This document shows, piece after piece, positions 1-7,682 of a DNA stretch of 18,037 nt (positions are counted from its first letter, which is position 1; each line of letters opens with the position of its first letter). The translations under genes and the position numbers were made by a program. The notes under the pieces were generated by a model. The model worked only from the letters and a program-made list of their open reading frames with translations, was not told the origin of the DNA and ran no database searches. This DNA comes from a virus: the IMG/VR virus record IMGVR_UViG_3300031565_014477. One strand, given 5' to 3'.

Positions 1-366
1 TGGGAAATCTTGGGAGATCATTCCCGCCACGCTAAATTGGCTGCTAACAGTTTGGATGCTGCGGTGGTGTTGTTAGCTCAGTACGATGACGAAGGTAACA
101 AGCTGAAATATTCCAAAGCGATACAAGCGAATGCGAACTTTGTTTGGGTTTGGGATTACGGGGAAAAAGAAAAAGAATCTAATCTGATTAATATAAGACA
201 CCTAAAAGCTCGTAACGCTCCGGTCTACAATTTCTATCTGGAAAAGGACTTTACCACCTTCACCTTTAATGATTATTTTGGGCCTGCCCCGTTAGAGGAA
301 GAGGAAGAGAAACCGAAGCGTTCTAGGAAGTCGGTGCCTACTATGCCTGAATTAAGGGGCTCTTGA
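1..366 (+). CDS. 3' portion of a hypothetical protein (5' end outside window); acidic/lysine-rich C-terminal tail EEEEEKPKRSRK
   Basis: The frame is open from base 1 with no upstream stop, so the gene probably begins before the window. The TTG at 10 is only the first start-like codon. It ends at TGA 364-366. Confidence 0.45.
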   Translation, partial: WEILGDHSRHAKLAANSLDAAVVLLAQYDDEGNKLKYSKAIQANANFVWVWDYGEKEKESNLINIRHLKARNAPVYNFYLEKDFTTFTFNDYFGPAPLEEEEEKPKRSRKSVPTMPELRGS

Positions 367-1296
367 TTGATTTCCTATTACACAGCTATCTGGGCGATCT
401 GTTATGCCGAGGCGATCCATGAAGACGTGTATCTTCCCACGCCAGGGACTAACGAATTTACCGGAACAGTAGAAGATGTGTTAGATCAGCTTGCTTCTGC
501 CTACCCAGATATTTGCTTTGATTCCGGTATTTCTAAAAATGATATCTTACACAATGCCTACAACACGCAGACTATTTTTATCTTACAAAAAATTGAAGAC
601 CAATTAAGGGACATAGAAACTTTTATAAATACCACGGGTACGATGGCTCCTACGCTCCGAAGTTATCTCAGGTACCTTAGGCCCATCCACCCAGACTTTC
701 GCTTTAGCGGGGACGATGGTGCCCTTACAGAGCTAAAGAATCAAACAGGACTTACATCGGCTAAAAGTCTAGCTAAGTCTTGGTTGCGAAATGTGAAGAC
801 CAAATTAGAATTTTTAGGTGGGTCTGAGGCTGTAATCATTTTTCCTAACTCGAAGCAAAGCTTAATGCCGTCGGGGTTGGTGAATGAAAAGACCTATTTT
901 TCGGGGATGTCGGTGGCGATGAATTTACGAAATTTGTCTTCTATCCTTATAGAGCACCACCAATCAGGTATCTTTAATTTCGATAACGAAAAGCTGTTAC
1001 ACCAAAGTCATGGTGATTTTTACAGGGTGTACCGGTCTTTGCAATCGACTTATGAAATAAGGATGGACCACACGAGGGTTTGTGGTTTTGATTATGTTGC
1101 GGATTGGGTATCATTGCTCGATTCAATTAAAAACTTTTTAGAAATTTTGCGATTTTGTTATTACAACGAAGCTAAGGGGAGTAGGTATGGGTACGACAAT
1201 AATGTTCAAAGCCAAAGAGTTCAAAGAGACGCTGAAGGTCTTCGCAAAATTCGCGTCGTTCAGCGTCAAAAAGCCGACCATCACCTTCACCTTTGA
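367..1296 (+). CDS. hypothetical protein (start uncertain)
   Basis: A 309-codon ORF in the same frame as the previous ORF, separated only by TGA. The candidate TTG start at 367 sits 10 nt after TAAGGGG. There are no ATPase or other motifs I recognise. Its 3' end overlaps the next gene by 110 nt. Confidence 0.5.
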   Translation: MISYYTAIWAICYAEAIHEDVYLPTPGTNEFTGTVEDVLDQLASAYPDICFDSGISKNDILHNAYNTQTIFILQKIEDQLRDIETFINTTGTMAPTLRSYLRYLRPIHPDFRFSGDDGALTELKNQTGLTSAKSLAKSWLRNVKTKLEFLGGSEAVIIFPNSKQSLMPSGLVNEKTYFSGMSVAMNLRNLSSILIEHHQSGIFNFDNEKLLHQSHGDFYRVYRSLQSTYEIRMDHTRVCGFDYVADWVSLLDSIKNFLEILRFCYYNEAKGSRYGYDNNVQSQRVQRDAEGLRKIRVVQRQKADHHLHL

Positions 1297-2314
1297 TCCT
1301 TTCAAGATGGTGATGGTCACCGACAACGCTTTTATTTCGGCCAATCCACTTTCCGGCACCGTCCACGGTACGGAAAATATAATGTATTCTTTTGACCCTA
1401 CTACGCTTATGAATATTAGCTTGTCCGGGGATGATGTAGTGTTGTCTTGGGAAAGTGAGACTTCCGAACTTGTCTTGCGAAACGGCAAGCTCACCACTAG
1501 TCTAAGAGTCGCGGTGGACAAGCCTTCGTTTGATGCGATTCCTAGCGGGATGGATTCGGTCAAGATCCCTTATGGGGTGTTAGTAGCTGGCACCAAATAT
1601 TTAAGCATCCCTTTTTCTTTCCATGATGAAAAGAAAGACCTTATGCCGGTAAGGTTTTATTCTGAAAATGGTAAGTTGACTATGTCCGCTGACGACCAAT
1701 TTTCCCTTGCTAAGATCACTACCGATGTTTCTTTAGAAATGGAGTTCGATGTCAAAGCGCCAAAGTACTTATTAGATTGCTTGTACTCGAAGGGCGATAT
1801 CACCGATGCTACACCTATTCAAATTGGTGTTAGTAATGTACACACGATGTTCAGCAATGATATCTTCCAGGTGTATTCGGCTGGCATCGTAAAGAACACA
1901 TCAGATTTTGATCTCATAGTTTCCAATTTCAAAGCTAAAACGTCATGCTCCTTTAGCCCGAAATCATTGGCTACTGCGATGAAACCCTTGGTAGGTATGA
2001 TCCCTAAAAAGAGTGATGGTACGATTTTGACGGTATCTTTATCGGATACCATGACGTTAGGGATCAAACACAAAGACGTAGGAGAAGGCAGCGTAGACGA
2101 AGTTGACAATATCGAAGAAATCTTCAATGAAGATTCCCAAAGAACTTACAAAATAAATATGTTCCCAAAAGCATTCGAAGATTACACCAAGCTTTTTGCT
2201 GTAGAAAAAGGCCATATGTCTGCGAATGACCGGATGGTTTACTACAAAGGTTGTATCGAATCCGGTGGGGCTTCTTTAAGCTTGAATTACATCTTTCCTG
2301 TTGTCATGGTTTAA
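1187..2314 (+). CDS. putative DNA polymerase sliding clamp-like protein (β-clamp size, 375 aa)
   Basis: There is a strong SD (AAGGGGAG) 6 nt before the ATG. The N-terminus (MFKAKEFKETLKVFAKFASFSVKKPTITFTF...VMVTDNAF) has the alternating-hydrophobic pattern I recall at the N-termini of T4 gp45 and DnaN clamps. The length matches a three-domain β-clamp. The product call is by eye only. Confidence 0.35.
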   Translation: MGTTIMFKAKEFKETLKVFAKFASFSVKKPTITFTFDPFKMVMVTDNAFISANPLSGTVHGTENIMYSFDPTTLMNISLSGDDVVLSWESETSELVLRNGKLTTSLRVAVDKPSFDAIPSGMDSVKIPYGVLVAGTKYLSIPFSFHDEKKDLMPVRFYSENGKLTMSADDQFSLAKITTDVSLEMEFDVKAPKYLLDCLYSKGDITDATPIQIGVSNVHTMFSNDIFQVYSAGIVKNTSDFDLIVSNFKAKTSCSFSPKSLATAMKPLVGMIPKKSDGTILTVSLSDTMTLGIKHKDVGEGSVDEVDNIEEIFNEDSQRTYKINMFPKAFEDYTKLFAVEKGHMSANDRMVYYKGCIESGGASLSLNYIFPVVMV

Positions 2315-2326
2315 GGGAGAACTTTT

Positions 2327-2752
2327 GTGAAAATGGCCAAGTGGTATTTAGAAGACTCCATCAAAGACGGCACCGGTGAAGTCTTTGTGCTGAAAGGTGA
2401 GTCTTTAGAAGATGCAAAGCACCGAAAGATCTATAAAGTTTCGCGGGTGGAATTTTATTTGATCTATAGCGCTCAAGAAAAGATGATTGGTTACCTACTA
2501 CGCTATCGCTACGATGAAAACTTTCCTAAGTTCTGCTTGTTCAATTCATTCGGAGTTGTGTACAACAAGAAAGAAGCGGTGAACCCTGAAAATCTTTCTT
2601 TTGAAGTGATTTTCGAAGATCAAGTAATAAGGCTTTTGGCATTCGAACACCCAAACAAAGTCAAAGACTACATGCTAGTTGGGCGATGGCGGCCTACTAG
2701 TACCGATAAAATTATCGATGACAGGGAAGAAAGAGGAGACCGCAGTGCCTAA
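2327..2752 (+). CDS. hypothetical protein
   Basis: GTG start 7 nt after AAGGGAGA. It is a 141-aa ORF. Its stop overlaps the next start (GTGCCTAA). Confidence 0.6.
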   Translation: MKMAKWYLEDSIKDGTGEVFVLKGESLEDAKHRKIYKVSRVEFYLIYSAQEKMIGYLLRYRYDENFPKFCLFNSFGVVYNKKEAVNPENLSFEVIFEDQVIRLLAFEHPNKVKDYMLVGRWRPTSTDKIIDDREERGDRSA

Positions 2753-3431
2753 CGCCCGATACCCTGGCCAGCTAGCGGAAGCCGAAGCCGAAGATACCCG
2801 GTGCGGTCACTGCCAATGGTACAAAGCTGGTTTTGGGGACAGCGGAAATTGTTCAGTTACCCGTGAAGTAGAAGCTTTCACGTATGCTTGTGTAGAATAC
2901 ACGGAACCCTTGCAAGATGGGTTCTATGAGATTATTAATGATAAATATGTGATGGGGGTTCGTAAACGACTCGCATCCCCTAGATTCAATTTGGATGATT
3001 CCTTATTGGAAGAGCTACGTGGGTATGTCGTAGAGGAAGAATTTTCCCAACACCGCTTCGGCAGCCAACAGGATCTTGAAGAGATCAATCGTTATCTTCG
3101 AAAGATCGTAGTAAACAGATCTCGCGTATCTACTATCTACACTTCGTTGCTAGATACCAAGTACGATTTTGAAGAGCTTATCCAACACGCTGAGCTTTGG
3201 TTGTATTCCAAATATCCTAAGATGACGAACCTTAAAAATGAAGTTATGCGTAGGGCCGCCTTGGACCGACTAGTACCGGAACAAATTCCTTTGCGGAAAA
3301 AGCTAAAGAAATTCTCAGCCGTGGCCGAATACATCGACAAAAAGTTTGAATCCACAGAATTTACGCTATCTAAAATTCTAGCGTCTTCTGAAAAGTTGTT
3401 GTTTTCACGGGAAAGGTTTACCAATGGCTGA
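2745..3431 (+). CDS. hypothetical protein with N-terminal Cys4 zinc-ribbon-like motif (CGHC...C...C)
   Basis: An in-frame GTG at 2745 lies 6 nt after AAGAGGAG. This is more plausible than the track start at 2679, which would overlap the upstream gene by 74 nt. It has a CxxC-x13-C-x11-C pattern. The stop overlaps the next start (ATGGCTGATG). Confidence 0.6.
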   Translation: MPNARYPGQLAEAEAEDTRCGHCQWYKAGFGDSGNCSVTREVEAFTYACVEYTEPLQDGFYEIINDKYVMGVRKRLASPRFNLDDSLLEELRGYVVEEEFSQHRFGSQQDLEEINRYLRKIVVNRSRVSTIYTSLLDTKYDFEELIQHAELWLYSKYPKMTNLKNEVMRRAALDRLVPEQIPLRKKLKKFSAVAEYIDKKFESTEFTLSKILASSEKLLFSRERFTNG

Positions 3432-3909
3432 TGCTTTTGAAGAAAATGTAGTAGACGACGAAGAACTTATGGAAGAAGGGGAAAACGGGGGAGAAGGGGA
3501 AGAAGGGGAAAACGGGGGAGAAGCTACCCCGCTCAAGAAAGATAATGAAAAGATTTTAGGGACATGTTCGATATCGGATTACGAAAAAGCATTCCACAAG
3601 ATCTTTTTAGAGCTTTTAGATTACGGTAAGGGGTTACACAACGCTAAAGAAAGTTTCACTACCGCTCTTTTGAATACAGGCTCCCGAGAGAACCCACAGG
3701 ACGTTTACGAATTTATGGATCTTTTTTCTTCCCGGATCGAGAAAATCCATATCGTCAAAAGGTTGTGTGTGATGTTAGGATTACACAGCGAAATGGATGC
3801 TATCATCAATCACGAAATGGAACTTATTTATAACCGGCCTTCAAAGCCTCGAAAGTCTTTTGTGATGGATTCTGGTGGTATCGTAGCTGGTGATATTAGA
3901 CAACAATAA
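3424..3909 (+). CDS. hypothetical protein with acidic Gly/Glu-rich N-terminal repeat
   Basis: The start is coupled to the upstream stop. A 24-nt direct repeat encodes EEGENGGEGEEGENGGE (about 3469-3528). Confidence 0.65.
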   Translation: MADAFEENVVDDEELMEEGENGGEGEEGENGGEATPLKKDNEKILGTCSISDYEKAFHKIFLELLDYGKGLHNAKESFTTALLNTGSRENPQDVYEFMDLFSSRIEKIHIVKRLCVMLGLHSEMDAIINHEMELIYNRPSKPRKSFVMDSGGIVAGDIRQQ

Positions 3910-3918
3910 GGGTATGTA

Positions 3919-4554
3919 ATGACTGAAATTAACGAGACTAAAGAAGAAATCAAGAAGCTTGTAGTGTTCGTCGCCGCCGAAAGAGACCAAGCTGGGAATT
4001 ATTCCCCGGTCCTGGACATGGTAGAACAAACAAGTGGTGTTATTCTACTACATAATCAATATGACTATGCAAATGTGAAGGGGCGCGAAGTATTAAGCAA
4101 TTTTGAAACGGCACCTCCGACTGATCCCCACCCTTGGGAACAAAGCTTGAGGCAGGATTTTTGGGGCATACAAGAAGCTGATATAGTCGTATTGGACCTC
4201 GACAGCTTAAACAGTGTACACTTTATGGCAGTAGCAGCTTTATACCATAAGCCGATGGTTGCGGTGTCATCCACTTTAATCTCAGTACCTGCATACTTTT
4301 CCGGCTCCGTAGATCTCATAGTGAAGCCTGGGGAAGTTTTAAACAGTATCAGTTATGCGTTGACCCGACGCGAAGAAAGATGGCTGGCTGCGGAAGCTGA
4401 GACCAAAGCGAAACTTGAAGATGATGCAAAGTTTAAAGCATCGTTATCGGATGCCAACACTTCCACAAAAGTTAAAATGCAAGATATCTTACAGCGATCG
4501 CTTCAAAAGACTCTAAGCAAAATGGACCTTCCTGTAGAGGGTAGCGTCAATTAA
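3919..4554 (+). CDS. Rossmann-fold protein resembling nucleoside 2-deoxyribosyltransferase (NDT)-like family
   Basis: The N-terminal strand KKLVVFVAAERD resembles KTIYFGAGWF. The core ADIVVLDLDSLNSVHFMAVAALYHKPMVAV resembles the NDT motif D-I-M-L-x-x-x-D...G-x-E-x-G-x-A...K-x-V. The catalytic Glu is replaced here (HF-MAV). The stop overlaps the next start (TAATG). Confidence 0.3.
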   Translation: MTEINETKEEIKKLVVFVAAERDQAGNYSPVLDMVEQTSGVILLHNQYDYANVKGREVLSNFETAPPTDPHPWEQSLRQDFWGIQEADIVVLDLDSLNSVHFMAVAALYHKPMVAVSSTLISVPAYFSGSVDLIVKPGEVLNSISYALTRREERWLAAEAETKAKLEDDAKFKASLSDANTSTKVKMQDILQRSLQKTLSKMDLPVEGSVN

Positions 4555-5342
4555 TGGATTACTATGCCACTTTAGGTTGTAAGTCTGATGATCCGCCTGA
4601 TGTTTTACGCAAAGCATGGCGCAAGCTGTGCTTGGAACATCACCCGGACCACGGAGGTGATATCGATAAGTTTTTAGAAATCACCCACGCCTATCGGATG
4701 ATCACCGATCCTTCCTACGCTAGGAACCAAAAAAGCCAGCCGGTGAGGGATTTAACTTTCAATATCCAGATGATCGTTTCTTTTGGCGACGCTTTTTACG
4801 GTACCAGATTAGTAGTGTCTTACAATCAAATCACTTTGAATGCGAAGCTAGAGCCTCTTAAGACCACCGAGATCGAGCCAGTAACATTTGCTTTTGATTT
4901 GCCCCCTGGGGCACTATCTTTCAGGTACATCGAAAAAAGTAAAGGGAAAAAGTTTAATAATCAAACTGGAAATGCTGTGGTAACCGTTATCACAGAAAAA
5001 CATCCTAGGTATACGGTCAAAGGCATGGATGTGTTTGTGGAAGAGAAGGTGCCCCTTGAGACGATTCTAAAAGGCGACTACATGACTGTTGAGACTTTAT
5101 GGGGGGTCAAGACTACTTGGGTGCCGCCGGGAACGTTGCCGGGGGAATCGTTTCGTGTGGTGGGGTGCGGGGTAGACAAAAAGGGTCACCAATATTGTAA
5201 GATAAAAGTCGTCTACCCTGACAAGGACGATCTTAAGAACAAAGATACCTGGAAATCGCTAGGGATTAATTGGGCCAAAACGGATAAGCAAAACAAAGAA
5301 GATGAGGAATTATTTAAGAAATTCGAGCAAATGAAAAAGTAA
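4554..5342 (+). CDS. J-domain (DnaJ/Hsp40-like) co-chaperone, no Zn-finger region, with DnaJ-CTD-like β-rich C-terminus
   Basis: The sequence DYYATLGC...DVLRKAWRKLCLEHHPDHGGD...FLEITHAYRMITDP is a canonical J-domain with the HPD motif. Downstream, FGDAFYGTRLVVSY resembles the DnaJ C-terminal substrate-binding domain. Confidence 0.8.
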   Translation: MDYYATLGCKSDDPPDVLRKAWRKLCLEHHPDHGGDIDKFLEITHAYRMITDPSYARNQKSQPVRDLTFNIQMIVSFGDAFYGTRLVVSYNQITLNAKLEPLKTTEIEPVTFAFDLPPGALSFRYIEKSKGKKFNNQTGNAVVTVITEKHPRYTVKGMDVFVEEKVPLETILKGDYMTVETLWGVKTTWVPPGTLPGESFRVVGCGVDKKGHQYCKIKVVYPDKDDLKNKDTWKSLGINWAKTDKQNKEDEELFKKFEQMKK

Positions 5343-5405
5343 CTAACTAATGAGACTCGTATAGCCCTTATCTTTAGAAGGAACCCATTAGATAAAGAGC
5401 TTGTT

Positions 5406-7661
5406 ATGGTTGATATCCCGAACCCTAAAACACAAACTCCGTTCCAATTTCGAGAAGATGCTAATCAAGTCTACTATCATGATTTGAAGATTTTCATACA
5501 AGGTGCGGACGTTACGCCTTGGATCACTTCTGCGGTCAACCTAACAAGAGGCGACCGTAACGTGGTGAGTTCGCTTACATTCCAATTATCGAATGCTTAC
5601 CGAGCTTTTGAAATTACCGAAACAAATTTGAACCTAGGCGATCCCACAAGTAAGGTAGACGAAATTACGGGACAAAGCATTACCCGTGAAAGACAAAAAT
5701 CTGATGATGAACGGGACAAGGGCAAAACCACAAAAGGCCCTAATACGGGAAGAATAAAATCAGCAGGTACCTTCAGGCTATCCGATCCTTATGGTGCGGG
5801 TGCGGGTTATTCCGAATTGGCCAAAGCTACTATTTTCAAAAACAAACTGGAAAGCAATACCAATTGGCGTCACGGGGTGGCTAAGTTCGGTACCTACAGC
5901 AAAGGAAACACCCGAGGTGGAGCTTTAGCGGATTCGGATGCTGTAAGGGATGCTAGTAGCGCTACAGGAGCCACCACACCTCGGTATTTATTTACCGTGG
6001 GCTCTTTAGTTTTTCATAAATATGACCCGGTTCGATTCTTTGTAAAAAATCCACTAAGTGCAAGTGACGATGAATGGTCTTGTGAATTTGCAGGATATAT
6101 CGAAACTAAACCCTACTCACAAAATTATATCAATGGCCATTCTATAGTAAGTTTGACATGTCAGGACATCCGAACTTACATGCAGACGATGCGAACCCAA
6201 ACTAATCCGGTAGCTCAAATCGGTAATGAAAAGATGCTTTTCTTTGGGAATAACAAAAATGATGTTCCCGGTACTGGCGATGCTGGAGCCTTTAACGATT
6301 TGAGAATATCAGGTCGGGCGGGGCATTCCTTGTATGGGCAAACTTTTGTAGAGTCGATCAAATTCCTTTTATTAGGTGTTAAAAAGAATGGTGCCTATAA
6401 CGGCAGGGTCGGTAAATTAACCGAAGGCATCACCTTAAAGTATGATCCCAACGATAGCGAAATCAAAAAGAAGCTCACCCTAGAAAAATGGAATAATATA
6501 GTAAATTTCGGCACCTATCCTTTGCCGGTAACGGACGATGCAACACCAGAACAACCTGAAGGTGCTACTACCAATGCGACGGGCGGAGCACCAAACGTAC
6601 CAACAAAGGAACAAGAGGCGGAACAGTTCCCTAAAGGGGCAGCGGCCAGGGCTGGCAAATTGGGAATTGAGATCGAGAAATTTTTGACACGAGCCCAAAT
6701 GGAAAAAATGGGCCAAGAAACAAAGGACGGTGGTCAGTTTTCACCCGATGTAGCTCGCGTCCATTTTTTAGTACCGCCTGACCTTGGGCCTGTATCCAAT
6801 TTAATAGCTGCTTCTATGGTGGATGCTCGGGTATCTGTCCGGGTTGAATGGGCATCTCGTTTGGAATTGATAATCCAGCTTTGCAAAGCTATAGACTATC
6901 AATTTTATGTAACAGGTATGGGGGATGTTGTTTTTGAATTCCCTATGTACGATTTTATGCCCACTGATTTTAATAGCGTTTATAATAATATCTATACATT
7001 TCAAAGGCATGTCGTATCTGACAGCATCAATGATGAAGGCGGTACGCCCATAACAGCTTTAGAAGTGACCTCGCGGATTCTAACAGATGAATTGGCACAA
7101 GGTCACCCATCGACGCCCGGTTCCGCTCCGGTACAAAATTATGAATTACGCGCAACTGCTTTTTCAAATGTTTTGGCTTCGAGGGTTGGAGTTCATGTTG
7201 AGACACACTCATTGCCAGGTATTACCAGCCACGCTAGATTAGCCCAATATGCCTTATTGGAATTTAATAAGCGTCTTGCTAATTATAACAAATTCGATAT
7301 GCAAGTATCTTACAGACCTTTCATAGGTATCAACAGGCCTATCTATCACCAAACGAAACAAAGAGTGGCTATCTGCGATTCATTTACCTATAGTTGGAAA
7401 ATCCGAGAAGATGTATCTTTGGAAATGAATTTGTCCTACGTTCGTAGATTAGAAGGTGAAAATTTCCGATTTATAACAGGTGGGGAAAAACAGCCTCTTT
7501 CTTACAATACAATTTTCGATACTAAAAAATCTGCTACCCACCTTAAGTCGGTGGGTGTTGATGTATTCACTAATGAAACAGATGAAAAACCAGGCGGTAA
7601 GAAGAAAACAGTTCAAGAAGAAAAGACAGACCCAACGCAGTCCAAAGAAGCAAATCCTTGA
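5406..7661 (+). CDS. large (751 aa) hypothetical protein, possibly virion/baseplate component (hub-like?)
   Basis: ATG 7 nt after AAAGAG. It has no enzymatic motifs. It sits immediately upstream of a gp5/VgrG-like spike gene, which is the position a gp27-like hub usually occupies. The function is inferred from context only. Confidence 0.3.
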   Translation: MVDIPNPKTQTPFQFREDANQVYYHDLKIFIQGADVTPWITSAVNLTRGDRNVVSSLTFQLSNAYRAFEITETNLNLGDPTSKVDEITGQSITRERQKSDDERDKGKTTKGPNTGRIKSAGTFRLSDPYGAGAGYSELAKATIFKNKLESNTNWRHGVAKFGTYSKGNTRGGALADSDAVRDASSATGATTPRYLFTVGSLVFHKYDPVRFFVKNPLSASDDEWSCEFAGYIETKPYSQNYINGHSIVSLTCQDIRTYMQTMRTQTNPVAQIGNEKMLFFGNNKNDVPGTGDAGAFNDLRISGRAGHSLYGQTFVESIKFLLLGVKKNGAYNGRVGKLTEGITLKYDPNDSEIKKKLTLEKWNNIVNFGTYPLPVTDDATPEQPEGATTNATGGAPNVPTKEQEAEQFPKGAAARAGKLGIEIEKFLTRAQMEKMGQETKDGGQFSPDVARVHFLVPPDLGPVSNLIAASMVDARVSVRVEWASRLELIIQLCKAIDYQFYVTGMGDVVFEFPMYDFMPTDFNSVYNNIYTFQRHVVSDSINDEGGTPITALEVTSRILTDELAQGHPSTPGSAPVQNYELRATAFSNVLASRVGVHVETHSLPGITSHARLAQYALLEFNKRLANYNKFDMQVSYRPFIGINRPIYHQTKQRVAICDSFTYSWKIREDVSLEMNLSYVRRLEGENFRFITGGEKQPLSYNTIFDTKKSATHLKSVGVDVFTNETDEKPGGKKKTVQEEKTDPTQSKEANP

Positions 7662-7682
7662 AAACGATATTGGTGGTGGATA

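Noticed and set aside
364-366. TGA recoding (genetic code 4/25) or selenocysteine.
   Set aside because: TGA is used as the terminator of several well-supported genes with coupled downstream starts (3431, 7661, 14272 ATGA overlap). There are no long ORFs interrupted by multiple in-frame TGAs. I kept it only as a low-interest possible local readthrough.
1138-2127. Minus-strand ORFs 1138-1563, 1172-1366 and 1819-2127.
   Set aside because: They are embedded antisense to the strongly supported clamp-like gene. They have no SD and an unremarkable composition. They are probably spurious.
5371-5394. Small inverted repeat TTATCT-N12-AGATAA in the 63-bp gap before the 751-aa gene, as an operator.
   Set aside because: It has only 6-bp arms in an AT-rich spacer and is easily chance. 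No second copy is seen in the other intergenic regions.
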